Part shown: positions 26,602 through 39,378 of the stretch, piece after piece | How positions within the stretch are numbered: position 1 is the stretch's first letter | Layout of the letters: every line of letters begins with the position of its first letter | Assembly (NCBI GenBank): GCA_023136155.1 | Contig: JAGLRT010000009.1 | Span: 1-41,521, forward strand | Length of the DNA: 41,521 nt | Origin: Methanosarcinales archaeon | Lineage (GTDB): Archaea > Halobacteriota > Methanosarcinia > Methanosarcinales > Methanocomedenaceae | Direction: 5' to 3' | Position numbers and translations under genes: made by a program | Notes under the pieces: generated by a model | Database searches by the model: none | Told to the model about the DNA's origin: nothing | The model's input: the letters and a program-made list of their open reading frames with translations, nothing else

Positions 26602-28191
26602 GTGTTGGATAGACAAGTATTGTCCAGAGCTTACTTTACAAGACAAAATATAGTCAGACATCATATTGATTCATTCAATGATTTTCTAGACTATGGACTA
26701 CAAAAGGTCATAAATGAACAGGCAACGATTGAGACTGATATTGAAGATACCTATGTCAGGCTTGGAGAAATAAGGGTTGGAAAGCCCACGGTAAAAGAAG
26801 CTGATGGTGCACAGGACCTATTGTATCCAAATGATGGGCGTCTCAGGAACATCACTTATTCTGCCCCGCTGTTCCTTGAAATGACTATCGTGAAAGGTGA
26901 AACTGAAAACGAACCTGTAGAAGCTGTAATTGGTCAGCTTCCCATTATGTTGATGAGCAAAGGCTGCAACCTGGCCGATATATCTCATGACGAAATGATC
27001 ACAGTTGGGGAAGACCCATTGGATCCAGGTGGATATTTCATAGTCAACGGTACTGAAAGAGTACTAATGACACTGGAAGATTTGGCACCAAATAAAATAT
27101 TTACCGAGTTCGAGGAACGCTACGGAGACAGGATAGAGGTTGCCAAAGTATTCAGTGAACGTCGTGGATACAGGGCACTGGTGGTTGTTGAACGTGGCAG
27201 AAAATCTATTGTTGAGGTAAGTTTCCCTGCAATTTCCGGCCGTCTTTCTTTTATCACATTGATGCGGTCCATGGGTGTTGAGACTGACGAGGATATCGTA
27301 AACATGGTCTCTGACAATCCTGAAGTTATCAAGTTCATGCTTGAAAACCTTGAAGAGGCTGAAGTTCACACAATCGAGGAAGCCATGGAAAAGGTAGGTA
27401 GCCGGGTGGCTGCCGGGCAGACAAGAGAATACCAGATAAAACGAGCAAATTATGTTATAGACCGATACTTGTTGCCCCATCTTGGTAACGAGCCTGCTCA
27501 CCGGCCAGTGAAGGCACAATATCTGGCGAGGATGGCTGAGTCCTGTTTTGAACTGGCACTGGGCAGACGCCAGGCAGATGACAAGGACCATTATTCTAAC
27601 AAACGTCTCAAACTGAGTGGCGACCTGATGGAAGATCTGTTCAGGGTTTCGTTCAACAGACTGGCAAGGGATGTCAAATACCAGCTTGAGAGGGCAAATA
27701 TGCGAAACCGTGACCTCAATGTAATTACTGTTGTCAGGGCAGATGTCCTAACTGAACGATTGGCACATCCACTCGCTACTGGTAATTGGGTTGGCGGCAG
27801 GGCCGGTGTATCACAGTTACTGGACCGAATCGATTACATGGCATCACTTTCACATCTGCGCCGTGTAATATCTCCTTTGTCCAGGGCACAGCCTCATTTC
27901 GAGGCCAGGGATTTGCATCCCACTCAGTGGGGCCGCATCTGTCCATCCGAGACTCCGGAAGGACCTAACTGCGGGCTTGTTAAGAACTTTGCCCAGATGG
28001 TAGAGATATCTACTGAGGTGTTTGATATCAAGGGATTGAAACAGACCATGCACAACCTTGGTGTGGAACCAATAGTAACCCATATTTTGGGTATGGAAGA
28101 GAAACCAGGCACTTACGCCACAGAACTTGAGGCGATTGAAGAATCTCTGGAATACACTGATAATAACGAAGGGGGAGATTCATTTGAATAG
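26602..28191 (+). CDS. rpoB2: DNA-directed RNA polymerase subunit B'' (N-terminal half of split Rpo2)
   Basis: GTG start with the SD GGAAGGTG upstream. The sequence is RNAP beta-like ([10 protein letters not shown]..., [27 protein letters not shown]). Confidence 0.95.
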   Translation: MLDRQVLSRAYFTRQNIVRHHIDSFNDFLDYGLQKVINEQATIETDIEDTYVRLGEIRVGKPTVKEADGAQDLLYPNDGRLRNITYSAPLFLEMTIVKGETENEPVEAVIGQLPIMLMSKGCNLADISHDEMITVGEDPLDPGGYFIVNGTERVLMTLEDLAPNKIFTEFEERYGDRIEVAKVFSERRGYRALVVVERGRKSIVEVSFPAISGRLSFITLMRSMGVETDEDIVNMVSDNPEVIKFMLENLEEAEVHTIEEAMEKVGSRVAAGQTREYQIKRANYVIDRYLLPHLGNEPAHRPVKAQYLARMAESCFELALGRRQADDKDHYSNKRLKLSGDLMEDLFRVSFNRLARDVKYQLERANMRNRDLNVITVVRADVLTERLAHPLATGNWVGGRAGVSQLLDRIDYMASLSHLRRVISPLSRAQPHFEARDLHPTQWGRICPSETPEGPNCGLVKNFAQMVEISTEVFDIKGLKQTMHNLGVEPIVTHILGMEEKPGTYATELEAIEESLEYTDNNEGGDSFE

Positions 28192-29998
28192 AACAAGAGT
28201 TTTCTTGAATGGGGAATTGCTGGGTTACCATAATAGTCCAGAAAAACTGGTTGACAACATTAAGCAGATGCGCCGTTCCGGCGCAGTCCCAAAACAGGTA
28301 AATATAGCATATTATCAGGCAACCAATGAGATTATCATAAATAGTGACAACGGTAGAGCCCGCAGACCTTGCATCATAGTGGAGAATGGAAAACCACTCT
28401 TGAAAGATGGACACATCACACAGTTAAAAAATAAAGAGGTTGTATTTGAAGACCTCATTAAGATGGGACTGGTGGAATATATCGATGCTGAAGAAGAAGA
28501 AAATGTATTTATTGCCGTGGATGAAGTCGACCTGACCCCGGAGAATACACATCTTGAGATAGATCCTGCCCTGATACTGGGTATCTGTACTGGTATGATA
28601 CCTTTCCCGGAGCATAATGCATCGCCCCGGTGCACCATGGGTGCAGGTATGGTAAAGCAGTGCCTGGGTGTACCTATGGTAAATATGAAACTTCGGCCAG
28701 ATACTAGGGGGCACTTGCTACATTACCCACAAAAAGCGTTGGTACATACCCAGACATGTGATGTCATCGGTTTCGATGACAGGCCAGCAGGTCAGAATTT
28801 CGTTGTGGCAGTACTTTCATATGAAGGTTATAATATTGAGGATGCCCTGGTTATCAATAAAGGTAGTATAGAACGGGGTTTAGGCAGAAGTCATTTCTTC
28901 AGGACTATGGACGGTGAAGAAAGACGATATCCAGGTGGTCAGGAGGATAAATTTGAGATACCTGATCAGGAAGTGCGGGGTGCCCGCGGTCCGGAAGTTT
29001 ATTCTCAACTGGATGATGATGGGATAGTAAATCCTGAGATCGTAGTGGATCACAATGATGTGCTCGTCGGCAAGACAAGTCCTCCTCGGTTCCTTGAAGA
29101 ACCAACAGAACTGGGTCTGAGTCCCCAGCAGAGACGCGAGTCAAGTGTTACTATGCGTTCTAATGAAAAAGGCATAGTTGACTCTGTCATTCTCACTGAG
29201 AGCGAGAACGGTGCCAGGCTGACAAAAGTGAAGATAAGAGACCAAAGGGTTCCTGAACTGGGCGATAAGTTTGCATCCAGGCACGGTCAAAAAGGTGTTA
29301 TTGGACTTATAATGCCGTTTGATGATATGCCTTTTAATGAATCAGGTATGGTACCTGACCTTATAATCAATCCCCATGCTATCCCGTCAAGGATGACAGT
29401 TGCGCATGTTCTGGAAATGATTGGAGGAAAAGTAGGCAGTCTTGAAGGCAGGCGCATCAATGGCACTCCATTCTCTGGTGAATCTGAAGTGGATCTGAGG
29501 CTGGCCCTGAAACGCGCAGGTTATTCTCATACCGGCAAGGAAGTGTTCTATGATGGTATTACAGGGAAGCGCATCGAAGCAGATGTGTTTGTCGGTGCTA
29601 TCCTGTATCAGAAACTATACCATATGGTGGCGTCCAAGATACATGCCAGGAGTAGGGGTCCTGTACAGGTGCTTACCAGACAGCCCACTGAAGGGCGGGC
29701 CAGGGAAGGCGGTTTGAGGTTCGGTGAGATGGAACGTGACGTGCTTATCGGGCATGGTGCATCCCTTGCCTTAAAGGAGAGGTTGCTGGACGAATCAGAT
29801 AAAGTCGAACAACTTGTGTGCTCTACCTGTGGAATGATCGCTACCAACGACAAGAGACGAAATGTAACATTCTGTCCCAACTGCGGTGCCGAGATTGGTA
29901 TATACAAGGTGGAGATGAGTTATGCGTTCAAGTTACTTCTGGACGAGATTAAATCGCTGGGTGTAGCTCCCAGGATGGTGCTTGAGGATGCAGTGTAG
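28184..29998 (+). CDS. rpoB1: DNA-directed RNA polymerase subunit B' (C-terminal half of split Rpo2)
   Basis: Motifs seen: [24 protein letters not shown], and a C-terminal Zn ribbon CSTCG...CPNCG. I prefer the TTG at 28184, which has the SD GGGGGAG 7 nt upstream, over the in-frame ATG at 28127 that would overlap rpoB'' by 65 nt. Confidence 0.9.
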   Translation: MNRTRVFLNGELLGYHNSPEKLVDNIKQMRRSGAVPKQVNIAYYQATNEIIINSDNGRARRPCIIVENGKPLLKDGHITQLKNKEVVFEDLIKMGLVEYIDAEEEENVFIAVDEVDLTPENTHLEIDPALILGICTGMIPFPEHNASPRCTMGAGMVKQCLGVPMVNMKLRPDTRGHLLHYPQKALVHTQTCDVIGFDDRPAGQNFVVAVLSYEGYNIEDALVINKGSIERGLGRSHFFRTMDGEERRYPGGQEDKFEIPDQEVRGARGPEVYSQLDDDGIVNPEIVVDHNDVLVGKTSPPRFLEEPTELGLSPQQRRESSVTMRSNEKGIVDSVILTESENGARLTKVKIRDQRVPELGDKFASRHGQKGVIGLIMPFDDMPFNESGMVPDLIINPHAIPSRMTVAHVLEMIGGKVGSLEGRRINGTPFSGESEVDLRLALKRAGYSHTGKEVFYDGITGKRIEADVFVGAILYQKLYHMVASKIHARSRGPVQVLTRQPTEGRAREGGLRFGEMERDVLIGHGASLALKERLLDESDKVEQLVCSTCGMIATNDKRRNVTFCPNCGAEIGIYKVEMSYAFKLLLDEIKSLGVAPRMVLEDAV

Positions 29999-30010
29999 GG
30001 GGTACTAATA

Positions 30011-32653
30011 ATGTCAGCAGTTCCAAAGAAAATTAAAGAGATACAGTTTGGGCTCATTTCACCCAAAGAATTCAGGAAGATGAGTGTTACGAGGGTTATC
30101 ACCGCAGATACCTATGATGATGACGGTTTTCCAATAGAAATGGGTCTGATGGATCCCAAAATGGGTGTCATTGACCCAGGACTTCGCTGCAAGACATGCG
30201 GAGGCAGGGCAGGTGAATGTCCGGGTCATTTCGGACATGTGGAGCTCATCGCACCTGTGGTGCATGTAGGGTTTGCAAAACTTATACGCAAGATATTAAG
30301 GGCCACATGCAGGGATTGCGGGGCACTTCTTTTGGATTCAAACCAGAAAAAACAATATCTTGAACAAATACGGATGTTAAGGAAGATTGGGCAGCCCATA
30401 GAGGATATTACCAATGAAGCTTTCAAGGAGGCAAGAAAGCCCAAGACATGCCAATACTGTGGTGCCAGACAACTTGATGTAAAGGTAGAAAAACCCTCTA
30501 CGTATGTAGAAAAAGATGGGACACATGAACATAAGCTCATGGCGTCCGATATCAGGAGTAGGTTCGAGAAAATCTCGAACGACGATATAGAAGTTATGGG
30601 CATGGACCCCAGTAAAGCCAGGCCCGAGTGGACCATTATGACGGTGCTTCCCGTGCCGCCTGTGACTATGCGCCCCAGTATTACTCTGGAGTCAGGACAA
30701 AGGAGTGAGGATGACCTTACCCATAAACTGGTGGATATTATACGGATAAATCAGCGGTTCCAGGAGAATCGTGAAGCAGGTGCACCCCAGCTTATCATCG
30801 AAGACCTGTGGGAACTGCTTCAGTATCATGTGACCACATTCATCGATAATGCGGTATCGGGAGTACCCCCTGCAAGACATCGTTCAGGAAGACCATTGAA
30901 GACACTGTCACAGAGGCTTAAAGGCAAGGAAGGTAGGTTCAGGGGCAGTCTTTCAGGTAAAAGGGTCAATTTCAGTGCAAGGACTGTAATATCGCCTGAC
31001 CCTAATTTGAGCATAAGTGAAGTGGGCGTGCCTTTATCCATGGCTATGGAACTGAGCATACCTGTCAATGTAACCAAACGCAATCTCGAAGAAGTGCGTG
31101 AATTTATCAAAAGAGGTCCTGACAATCATCCGGGCGCAAATTATGTGATACGCGATGATAATCGTAGGCTTAAGGTCACTGACAAGAACTGTGAAGAGTT
31201 AGCTGAAACCCTTGAATTGGGATGGAAAGTTGATAGACAGTTGAAGAATGGAGATATTATTCTATTCAATAGGCAGCCTTCACTGCACAGGATGAGCATT
31301 ATGGCCCACGAGGTCAAGGTGCTGCCACATAAGACTTTCAGGCTGAACCCGGCAGTATGTCCGCCATATAATGCCGATTTTGATGGTGATGAGATGAACA
31401 TGCATGTGCTGCAGACCGAAGAGGCAAGGGCTGAGGCAAAGATGCTCATCCATGTCCAGGAGAACATCCTGTCTCCCCGTTTCGGCGGTCCTATTATCGG
31501 CGGTATACATGACCACATATCAGGTATGTACATGCTTACCAAGGGTGATAACAGGGTAGATAAAAACGATTTTCTTGAGATGTTGAGGAAGTCACGGATC
31601 ACAGAGATTGTAGAACCTGCAGGTGAAGAGGACGGTAAACCTTACTGGACAGGAAAAAATGTATTCAGCCAGATCCTGCCAGACGGATTGAACATGACCT
31701 ATAAAGCGTTATTGTGCGAGAACTGTGACACCTGTAAAAAAGAGGACTGTAACCGTGATGCTTACGTTACAATAAGAGACGGTCAATTACTCAGCGGTAC
31801 TATCGATGAAAAAGCCGTGGGTGCGTTCAAAGGTTTGATACTTGATCGTATTGTTAAGGATTACACCCCGGCAGTTGCTCTCCAGTTTATTGATGATATG
31901 ACCAGGCTTGCTATTAGAAGTATCATGCATTTCGGATTCAGTTTCGGTATCAATGATGAAGACATACCTGACGAAGCAAGCGCTCAGATATCTGAACTGC
32001 TGGAAGAGGCCGAAATGAGAGTTATGGACTTTATCATTGCTTTCAATGAAGAAAATCTGGAACCTTTGCCTGGTAGAACCGTGGCAGAAACACTTGAATT
32101 GAGGATTATGCAGGAATTGGGTAAGGCAAGGGATGCTACCGGTGAAATTGCCGGGAAATACCTTGGTCTGGACAATACTGCTGTGATCATGGCTGTGTCT
32201 GGAGCCAGAGGATCTATGCTGAACCTTACACAGATGGCGGGGTGCGTGGGCCAGCAGGCAGTGAGAGGCGAGCGTATACGCCGGGGCTATGCAGGAAGGA
32301 CCCTTTCCAACTTTAATCACGGGGACCTGGGTGCAGCTGCTCACGGGTTCGTGAAGAGCAGTTATAAAAAGGGATTATCTCCTACCGAATACTTCTTCCA
32401 TGCCATTGGTGGTAGGGAAGGTCTGGTGGATACGGCTGTCAGGACGTCACAGAGCGGTTATCTACAACGCAGACTGGTCAATGCCTTGCAGGACCTGGAG
32501 GTCCAATATGATGGTACCGTGAGGGATACCAGAGGAATGGTCGTCCAGTTCAAATACGGCGAAGACGGTGTGGACCCCATGAAAAGCGATTATAGTAGAC
32601 CTCAGACCATTCGCAGGATAATCGAGGATGTCATCGGGAAGGAGGTGGAATAA
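30011..32653 (+). CDS. rpoA1: DNA-directed RNA polymerase subunit A' (Rpo1N)
   Basis: Zn-binding CKTCGGRAGECPGHFGH and the catalytic motif YNADFDGDEMNMH. Confidence 0.97.
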   Translation: MSAVPKKIKEIQFGLISPKEFRKMSVTRVITADTYDDDGFPIEMGLMDPKMGVIDPGLRCKTCGGRAGECPGHFGHVELIAPVVHVGFAKLIRKILRATCRDCGALLLDSNQKKQYLEQIRMLRKIGQPIEDITNEAFKEARKPKTCQYCGARQLDVKVEKPSTYVEKDGTHEHKLMASDIRSRFEKISNDDIEVMGMDPSKARPEWTIMTVLPVPPVTMRPSITLESGQRSEDDLTHKLVDIIRINQRFQENREAGAPQLIIEDLWELLQYHVTTFIDNAVSGVPPARHRSGRPLKTLSQRLKGKEGRFRGSLSGKRVNFSARTVISPDPNLSISEVGVPLSMAMELSIPVNVTKRNLEEVREFIKRGPDNHPGANYVIRDDNRRLKVTDKNCEELAETLELGWKVDRQLKNGDIILFNRQPSLHRMSIMAHEVKVLPHKTFRLNPAVCPPYNADFDGDEMNMHVLQTEEARAEAKMLIHVQENILSPRFGGPIIGGIHDHISGMYMLTKGDNRVDKNDFLEMLRKSRITEIVEPAGEEDGKPYWTGKNVFSQILPDGLNMTYKALLCENCDTCKKEDCNRDAYVTIRDGQLLSGTIDEKAVGAFKGLILDRIVKDYTPAVALQFIDDMTRLAIRSIMHFGFSFGINDEDIPDEASAQISELLEEAEMRVMDFIIAFNEENLEPLPGRTVAETLELRIMQELGKARDATGEIAGKYLGLDNTAVIMAVSGARGSMLNLTQMAGCVGQQAVRGERIRRGYAGRTLSNFNHGDLGAAAHGFVKSSYKKGLSPTEYFFHAIGGREGLVDTAVRTSQSGYLQRRLVNALQDLEVQYDGTVRDTRGMVVQFKYGEDGVDPMKSDYSRPQTIRRIIEDVIGKEVE

Positions 32654-33802
32654 ATGGCAGTAAGCCAGAAGACCATTGATGAAATGACTGAAAACCTGCC
32701 TCTGCCCCAGAACTTGGTGGATGCCCTTAGAAGTGACTTACAAAAGGTTGATGTGACCAAAAAGCAGCTTGAAGATATTATAGAACGTGCACTGGAAAGT
32801 TATGAGTATGCTCGTATCGCGCCCTGTGAAGCAGCTGGTGTAGTATCAGCCCAGAGTATAGGTGAGCCCGGTACACAGATGACCATGCGAACATTCCACT
32901 ATGCAGGTGTGGCAGAAATTAACGTTACACTTGGTCTGCCAAGGTTGATTGAGATCGTGGATGCCAGAAAGAATCCTTCCACACCTATGATGACTATCTA
33001 CCTTACAGAAGAATACGCCAATGACCGTGACATGGCCCGTAAACTTGCATGGGATATTGAGGCCACGCATATCAAGCATGTAGGAAGTTTGTCTACTGAC
33101 CTTACTGAGATGTTATTGGAAATTGAGCTCAATGAAAAGGCCATCATCCAGCGAGGTCTCACGGCTGAGGAGATTGCAGAAAAACTGGAAGATGAATTAG
33201 GTGTGACCGTTGTAACGGAGAAAAATATTCTCACAATACGACCGGAAAATGAATCATACAGGGAACTTTTACAGTTGAGTAAGAATGCGGAAAGTGTGAT
33301 AATAAAGGGTGTCAAGGCAATTAACCGGGTGGTCATCAGTAAGGATGATATTATTGATGAGTATGTGATGTACACTGAGGGTTCAGCATTGAAGCATGTA
33401 CTTGTATTTGATGGTGTAGATACCACGCGTACAAGTACCAATAATGTCAATGAGGTATATGAGGTATTTGGGATTGAAGCTGCTCGAAACAGTATCATCA
33501 AGGAAGCTACAGATACCCTGCGCGAACAGGGTTTGACAGTTGATGTGAGGCATATCATGCTGGTGTCAGATATTATGACGGTAGATGGCGAAGTGAAAGC
33601 TATCGGTAGGCACGGTATTTCAGGCGAAAAAGCTAGTGTGCTTGCCCGTGCTGCGTTTGAGGTGACTGTGAGCCATCTGTTGGATGCAGGTCTGCGGGGA
33701 GATGTGGATGAACTCAAAGGTGTTACCGAGAACGTTATTGTGGGTCAGCCGATCAAACTGGGTACCGGTCACATTAAACTCATGGCGACAAAAAAGACTT
33801 AA
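32654..33802 (+). CDS. rpoA2: DNA-directed RNA polymerase subunit A'' (Rpo1C)
   Basis: The ATG follows the rpoA1 stop directly. The trigger-loop region reads [19 protein letters not shown]. Confidence 0.95.
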   Translation: MAVSQKTIDEMTENLPLPQNLVDALRSDLQKVDVTKKQLEDIIERALESYEYARIAPCEAAGVVSAQSIGEPGTQMTMRTFHYAGVAEINVTLGLPRLIEIVDARKNPSTPMMTIYLTEEYANDRDMARKLAWDIEATHIKHVGSLSTDLTEMLLEIELNEKAIIQRGLTAEEIAEKLEDELGVTVVTEKNILTIRPENESYRELLQLSKNAESVIIKGVKAINRVVISKDDIIDEYVMYTEGSALKHVLVFDGVDTTRTSTNNVNEVYEVFGIEAARNSIIKEATDTLREQGLTVDVRHIMLVSDIMTVDGEVKAIGRHGISGEKASVLARAAFEVTVSHLLDAGLRGDVDELKGVTENVIVGQPIKLGTGHIKLMATKKT

Positions 33803-33848
33803 ACGATGAAGCCTTGTAGGAAGAAAAAATTCAAATGAGATGATATTT

Positions 33849-34139
33849 ATGGACGTTGACCTTAACAAAGTACTCAGGAGCACTGTACAGACCGGAATTG
33901 TTATTATCGGTTCTAAACGGACACAAAAGGCAGTTGAAAGTAATCAGGCAAAGGCAGTGGTACTTGCATCTAACTGCCCTGATGATGTGAGAAAGATGGT
34001 CACAGGAAAAGTACCCATTATTGAATTTCCGGGTATGGGAGTTGAACTGGGAACTACTCTTAGCAAGCCTTTTGCCATTGCAGCTATGGCAGTTGTTGAG
34101 TCGGGCGAATCTGATATAATGACAGTATTGAAAGCATAA
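33849..34139 (+). CDS. rpl30e: 50S ribosomal protein L30e (eL30)
   Basis: MDVDLNKVLRSTVQTGIVIIGSKRTQKAV...AKAVVLASNCP. The ATG at 33840 is an alternative start. Confidence 0.9.
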   Translation: MDVDLNKVLRSTVQTGIVIIGSKRTQKAVESNQAKAVVLASNCPDDVRKMVTGKVPIIEFPGMGVELGTTLSKPFAIAAMAVVESGESDIMTVLKA

Positions 34140-34153
34140 AAAAAGGGGTTTTT

Positions 34154-34585
34154 TTGAGCGAAGTTAAGATTAATACTGACGGAATACGGTACATCGCCTT
34201 GTTTGAAAATACAACAGGAGCTACTGCTATGGATTGTCTTGTTGATGATGAGAACAACAGGGTTATATTTGTTGTTAAATCAGGTGATATGGGTATTGCC
34301 ATCGGTAAGAATGGTGAACATATCAATAGAGTTGTAAAGAACATCGGCCGCCATGTTGAAGTGGTGGAATACAATGATAACCCCGAGATGTTCATCAAAG
34401 GTCTCCTGCAGCCTGCTAATGTCAATAATGTAAAGATTGGCTATAAAGGTGATAGACGCATAGCTTATGTAGAAGTAAGCACCAAAGAAAAAGGTCTTGC
34501 CATAGGGCGGAACGGACGTAATATCGAGAAAGTTAAGTTACTCGCTAAGCGACATCATGATATAGATGATGTTACAATCAAGTAG
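34154..34585 (+). CDS. nusA: Archaeal NusA-like transcription termination/antitermination factor (two KH domains)
   Basis: TTG start giving MSEVKINTDGIRYIALFENTTGA. KH motifs are GIAIGKNGEHINRV and GLAIGRNGRNIEKV. Confidence 0.9.
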   Translation: MSEVKINTDGIRYIALFENTTGATAMDCLVDDENNRVIFVVKSGDMGIAIGKNGEHINRVVKNIGRHVEVVEYNDNPEMFIKGLLQPANVNNVKIGYKGDRRIAYVEVSTKEKGLAIGRNGRNIEKVKLLAKRHHDIDDVTIK

Positions 34586-34643
34586 CCCACATAAATTTGA
34601 CAATAATATATACAAAATGAGAATATTACAGGAAGTAACATAA

Positions 34644-35072
34644 ATGGGAAATGGAAAATACGCCGCTCGCAAATTGAAAAGTGACAGGGAAAACTTCAGA
34701 TGGAGTGACCGGAAATACTTCAGGCGTGCATTGCGGCTCAATGTTAAAGCAGATCCTATGGGGGGGGCACCCATGGGACGAGGAATTGTGCTTGAGAAAG
34801 TGGGTGTTGAAGCAAAACAGCCCAACTCAGCAATACGCAAATGTGTCAGGATACAGTTGATTAAGAACGGACGACAGGTTACTGCTTTTTGTCCAGGCGA
34901 TGGCGCTATTAGTTTTATCGATGAACATGATGAAGTTACTGTGGAGCGTATTGGCGGTCGGATGGGCGGTGCAATGGGTGATATTCCCGGAGTTCGGTTC
35001 AAAGTTACTGCCGTGAATAATGTGCCTCTCAGACAAATGGTTATTAATCGTAAGGAAAAACCGATGAGGTAG
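34644..35072 (+). CDS. rps12: 30S ribosomal protein S12 (uS12)
   Basis: [28 protein letters not shown] is typical of archaeal uS12. Confidence 0.95.
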   Translation: MGNGKYAARKLKSDRENFRWSDRKYFRRALRLNVKADPMGGAPMGRGIVLEKVGVEAKQPNSAIRKCVRIQLIKNGRQVTAFCPGDGAISFIDEHDEVTVERIGGRMGGAMGDIPGVRFKVTAVNNVPLRQMVINRKEKPMR

Positions 35073-35076
35073 ATAT

Positions 35077-35637
35077 ATGTACAAATTATTTGATAAATGG
35101 GAATCAACTGAGGTGGAGGTTCATGATATTGGTCTTCAGAGATATATCAATATCACTCCTGTTATACTTCCTTATTCTGGCGGTAAACATGCTAGGCAGC
35201 AGTTCAACAAATCGAACCAGCACATTGTGGAAAGGCTCATTAATAAGATGATGCTTACGGAACATAACACTGGAAAAAAAATGACCTCTTATAAGATTGT
35301 TAGTGGTGCCTTTGATATTATCAACAAGAAGACAAAAGAGAACCCCATTCAGATATTGGTCAATGCCATTATCAATGCAGGACCCAGGGAGGAGACGGTC
35401 AGGCTTAAATATGGCGGAATCGCAGTACCAAAGGCAGTGGATAGTGCTCCACAGCGCAGGGTGGATATTGCATTGAAGCTTATCGCCAATGGTGCACAAA
35501 AGTCAGCATTTAAGAGCCGGCGTTCTATTGAAGAGACACTGGCAAATGAGATAATTGCAGCAGCGAATTACGATGTTAAGTCCTATTCCATCAATAAGAA
35601 GGAAGGAAAGGAACGGGTTGCGAAGGCTGCACGGTAG
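35077..35637 (+). CDS. rps7: 30S ribosomal protein S7 (uS7)
   Basis: Conserved gene order, plus ...[39 protein letters not shown]. Confidence 0.95.
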   Translation: MYKLFDKWESTEVEVHDIGLQRYINITPVILPYSGGKHARQQFNKSNQHIVERLINKMMLTEHNTGKKMTSYKIVSGAFDIINKKTKENPIQILVNAIINAGPREETVRLKYGGIAVPKAVDSAPQRRVDIALKLIANGAQKSAFKSRRSIEETLANEIIAAANYDVKSYSINKKEGKERVAKAAR

Positions 35638-35646
35638 ACGTTATAC

Positions 35647-35680
35647 TGCGGCATATTTTTTATATGCCGCAATTGTTTTT
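35647..35680 (+). terminator. Hairpin plus T-tract (intrinsic-terminator-like) between rps7 and the aEF-2 gene
   Basis: A perfect 10-bp stem TGCGGCATAT/ATATGCCGCA with a 5-nt T loop, followed by ATTGTTTTT. Confidence 0.4.
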
Positions 35681-35755
35681 CAGGACAGTCATATTGAAAG
35701 TGAGTGGAATTTTTCTTATTTATCCAGATGTTAAAACTTTTCAGAGGAAATTGAG

Positions 35756-37948
35756 ATGGGACGAAGGAAAAAGATGGTTGAGCGCGTGACCGTGCTCATG
35801 AATGATCCGGAACATATCCGGAATATCGGAATAGTGGCTCATATCGATCACGGTAAAACTACGCTTACAGATAATATTCTTGCTGGTGCCGGTATGATTT
35901 CAAAGGAACTGGCAGGTAAACAGTTGTTCACTGATTCAGATGCGGAAGAACAGGAAAGGGGTATTACAATTGACTCTGCCTGTGTATCCATGGTACATGA
36001 TTTCGAGGACGATGAATATCTGATTAATCTTATTGATACGCCGGGTCATGTGGACTTCGGCGGTGACGTGACCAGGGCCATGAGGGCTGTGGATGGTGCT
36101 GTGGTTGTAGTGGATGCAGTTGAGGGGACTATGCCTCAGACCGAAACCGTGCTAAGGCAGGCATTAAAGGAACATGTAAAGCCTGTGTTGTTCGTCAACA
36201 AGGTTGACAGGCTCATCAATGAGCTTCAGGTAGATGCCCAGGAGATGCAGATCCGGCTGGGTAAGGTCATTGACCATGTTAACAAGCTTATTAAGGGCAT
36301 GAACGAGGAGAAATACAAAGCAGGATGGCGCATGGATGCGGCAGAGGGTACTGTAGTGTTCGGCTCTGCCCTGTATAATTGGGCCATTAGCGTTCCATTC
36401 ATGAAAAAGTCCGGTATAGGGTTCGCAGATGTATATAATTACTGTAAAGAAGAGAACCAGAAGGAACTGGCAGAGAGATGCCCGCTCCATGAAGTATTGA
36501 ATGATACAATAATCAGGTTCCTTCCCAATCCACTGGTTGCCCAGAAGAACAGGGTGAAGGTGATATGGCACGGTGATAAGGAATCCCGGGAAGGTAAGGA
36601 TATGCTGACTGCCAACAAGGATGGTGATGTGGCATTAATGGTCACTAATATCTCAATGGACCCCCACGCAGGTGAGGTCGCAACAGGCAGGTTGTTTAGC
36701 GGTACCCTGAAAAGAGGCATGGAACTGCACGTTTCCGGCTCTACCAATACCAACAGGTTGCAGCAAGTGGGTATATTTATGGGTCCGGAGCGACTTGAAG
36801 TTGAAAAGATACCGGGCGGCAACATTGCAGCAGTTACTGGTCTGAAAGATGCATATGTGGGTGCGACTGTTTCAAGCAAGTCGGATATGCTCCCGTTCGA
36901 GTCCATCAAACACGCCAGTGAGCCAGTTGTTACTGTGGCAGTTGAAGCAAAGCATATGAAAGACCTGCCAAAACTGGTGGAAGTGCTCAGACAGGTGGCC
37001 AAGGAGGATAATACCCTTAAAGTAACTATCAATGAGGAGACTGGAGAACACCTGATGTCAGGTATGGGAGAACTCCACCTTGAGGTCATTGGACACAGGA
37101 TCGAGAGGGATAAAGGTGTGGAGATTACCACCAGTCCGCCTATTGTGGTGTACAGGGAAACTGTGCAGAAACATGCAGGTCCGGTTGAAGGTAAAAGTCC
37201 TAACAGGCATAACCGGTTCTATATCGAGGTTGAACCATTATCCAACGAGGTAGTGGAACTTATCAAGTCAGGAGAAGTGTCCATGCGTATGCCTGAAGTG
37301 GAACGGCGTGAGAAGTTCATGGAAGCAGGTTTTAGTAAGGATGAAGCTAAAGGTATTTCTGCAATTTATGAGTCTAATGTTCTGATTGATACGACAAAAG
37401 GTATTCAGTACATGAACGAGACCATGGAATTAGTAATAGATGGTTTTGAAGAGGTAATGGTAGGCGGACCACTCAGCAGGGAGCCATGTCAAGCTATTAA
37501 AGTCAAGCTCGTGGATGCAAAACTCCATGAAGATGCAGTGCACAGGGGTCCTGCACAGGTGATTCCGGCAGTTCGCTCTGCTATACAGGCAGCCATGTTA
37601 TCTGCTGATGATACGTTGCTTGAACCATATCAGCAAGTCTTCATCCAGACACCACAGAACAATATGGGTGGTGCTACTTCAGAGATACAGGGCCGCAGGG
37701 GTGTTATCAATAACATGACCCAGGAAGGGGATATGACTATTATTGAAAGTAGGGCACCTGTAGCTGAACTGTTCGGTTTTGCCGGTGACATCCGTTCTGC
37801 AACTGAAGGTCGTGCCTCATGGAGTACGGAATTTGGAGGATTTGAACCGCTTCCAATGAGTTTACTTAAGGAAGTAGTGACAAAGATACGGCAGCGAAAA
37901 GGATTGAAAGCTGAAATGCCAAAACCCAGCGATTTCGTGGGTCTCTAA
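35756..37948 (+). CDS. fusA: Translation elongation factor 2 (aEF-2)
   Basis: [32 protein letters not shown]; 730 aa. The diphthamide-loop region reads [11 protein letters not shown]. Confidence 0.97.
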   Translation: MGRRKKMVERVTVLMNDPEHIRNIGIVAHIDHGKTTLTDNILAGAGMISKELAGKQLFTDSDAEEQERGITIDSACVSMVHDFEDDEYLINLIDTPGHVDFGGDVTRAMRAVDGAVVVVDAVEGTMPQTETVLRQALKEHVKPVLFVNKVDRLINELQVDAQEMQIRLGKVIDHVNKLIKGMNEEKYKAGWRMDAAEGTVVFGSALYNWAISVPFMKKSGIGFADVYNYCKEENQKELAERCPLHEVLNDTIIRFLPNPLVAQKNRVKVIWHGDKESREGKDMLTANKDGDVALMVTNISMDPHAGEVATGRLFSGTLKRGMELHVSGSTNTNRLQQVGIFMGPERLEVEKIPGGNIAAVTGLKDAYVGATVSSKSDMLPFESIKHASEPVVTVAVEAKHMKDLPKLVEVLRQVAKEDNTLKVTINEETGEHLMSGMGELHLEVIGHRIERDKGVEITTSPPIVVYRETVQKHAGPVEGKSPNRHNRFYIEVEPLSNEVVELIKSGEVSMRMPEVERREKFMEAGFSKDEAKGISAIYESNVLIDTTKGIQYMNETMELVIDGFEEVMVGGPLSREPCQAIKVKLVDAKLHEDAVHRGPAQVIPAVRSAIQAAMLSADDTLLEPYQQVFIQTPQNNMGGATSEIQGRRGVINNMTQEGDMTIIESRAPVAELFGFAGDIRSATEGRASWSTEFGGFEPLPMSLLKEVVTKIRQRKGLKAEMPKPSDFVGL

Positions 37949-38065
37949 ATTGGTGTTGAAAGGGTATTTGTATCAGGTAGTCACGACACAAAGTTTAAAA
38001 ACAGTAAAAGATATAATTAGACAGAAATTCATCGAAATTAGAATTAATAGTATGGAGGATTAAAG

Positions 38066-39334
38066 ATGGCAGAGAAACCACACATGAATTTAGCAGTCAT
38101 CGGTCATATCGATCATGGTAAATCAACCCTCGTTGGTAGACTGATGTATGATACAGGCGCTGTAGCGCCACATGTCATTGAAAAGTATAGAGAAGAAGCC
38201 AAAGCAAAAGGTAAGGAATCCTTTGCTTTTGCATGGGTCATGGACTCTCTTAAAGAAGAACGTGAGAGGGGTATCACCATTGATATCGCACACCAGCGAT
38301 TTGATACTGATAAGTTTTATTTTACAGTGGTGGATTGTCCCGGTCACCGTGACTTTGTTAAGAACATGATCACAGGTGCTTCCCAGGCAGATGCTGCAAT
38401 CCTTGTGGTTTCTGGCAAGGACAGTGTACAGGCCCAGACCAAGGAACATGTGTTCCTGTCCAGGACTCTCGGTATCACTCAGTTGATCATTGCAATCAAC
38501 AAGATGGATGAGGTCAACTACGATGAGGCAAAGTACAACAAGGCCAAGGAAGATGTCAGCGCACTGTTGAAGATCGTAGGATTCAAACCTGCTGATATGC
38601 ACTTTATTCCAACATCTGCGTTCGAGGGTGACAATATTGCATCCAAAAGCGAGAATACCAAGTGGTATAAAGGCGTTACCATTCTGGAAGCACTTAACGA
38701 TCTGAAGGAACCTGAGATGCCAACATCCTTGCCATTACGTATTCCTGTGCAGGATGCTTACACAATCAGCGGTATAGGCACTGTACCAGTGGGACGTGTC
38801 GAGACTGGTATTATGAAGAAAGGCGAGACTGTTACTTTCAATCCGAGCGGTGCTACAGGTGAGGTCAAGTCTATTGAGATGCATCATGAAGAACGGGATC
38901 AGGCTATACCAGGCGATAATATCGGCTGGAACGTAAGGGGTATTGGGAAAAATGATGTGAGAAGAGGTGATGTATGCGGTCCTGCAGCAAAACCACCTAC
39001 TGTGGCTGATGAGTTTACTGCACAGGTTGTTGTACTTCAGCATCCGTCTGCTATATCAGTTGGTTACACACCTGTGTTCCACTGCCATACGGCACAGACT
39101 GCATGTACATTGATGTCAATTGACAAGAAACTGGACCCCAAGACCGGTGAAGTGAAGGAAGAAAATCCCACATTCATTAAAGCTGGCGATGCAGCTATCG
39201 TGACCGTAAAGCCCACCAGGCCACTGGTCATTGAGAATGTGAAGGAGATTCCACAGATGGGACGCTTCGCTATCCGTGATATGGGACAGACCGTTGCAGC
39301 TGGCATGGTCATAAGTATTAAGGCGAGGCCATAA
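38066..39334 (+). CDS. tuf: Translation elongation factor 1-alpha (aEF-1alpha)
   Basis: [31 protein letters not shown]; 422 aa. Confidence 0.97.
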   Translation: MAEKPHMNLAVIGHIDHGKSTLVGRLMYDTGAVAPHVIEKYREEAKAKGKESFAFAWVMDSLKEERERGITIDIAHQRFDTDKFYFTVVDCPGHRDFVKNMITGASQADAAILVVSGKDSVQAQTKEHVFLSRTLGITQLIIAINKMDEVNYDEAKYNKAKEDVSALLKIVGFKPADMHFIPTSAFEGDNIASKSENTKWYKGVTILEALNDLKEPEMPTSLPLRIPVQDAYTISGIGTVPVGRVETGIMKKGETVTFNPSGATGEVKSIEMHHEERDQAIPGDNIGWNVRGIGKNDVRRGDVCGPAAKPPTVADEFTAQVVVLQHPSAISVGYTPVFHCHTAQTACTLMSIDKKLDPKTGEVKEENPTFIKAGDAAIVTVKPTRPLVIENVKEIPQMGRFAIRDMGQTVAAGMVISIKARP

Positions 39335-39378
39335 GGCCTCTCTTCATCTCATTTTTTTAAATTTTTGGAGATTCATTA

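Noticed and set aside
32998-33717. 239-aa ORF antisense to rpoA''. Similar long antisense ORFs occur at 36439-37131 (opposite aEF-2), 34538-35107 (opposite S12), 14983-15576 (opposite U32), 22154-22624 and 22703-23182 (opposite Trm5/NMD3), 1868-2293, 31787-32344 and 27064-27591.
   Set aside because: All of them overlap strongly conserved genes on the other strand and translate to low-complexity Ser/Leu/Pro-rich sequence. They are shadow ORFs.
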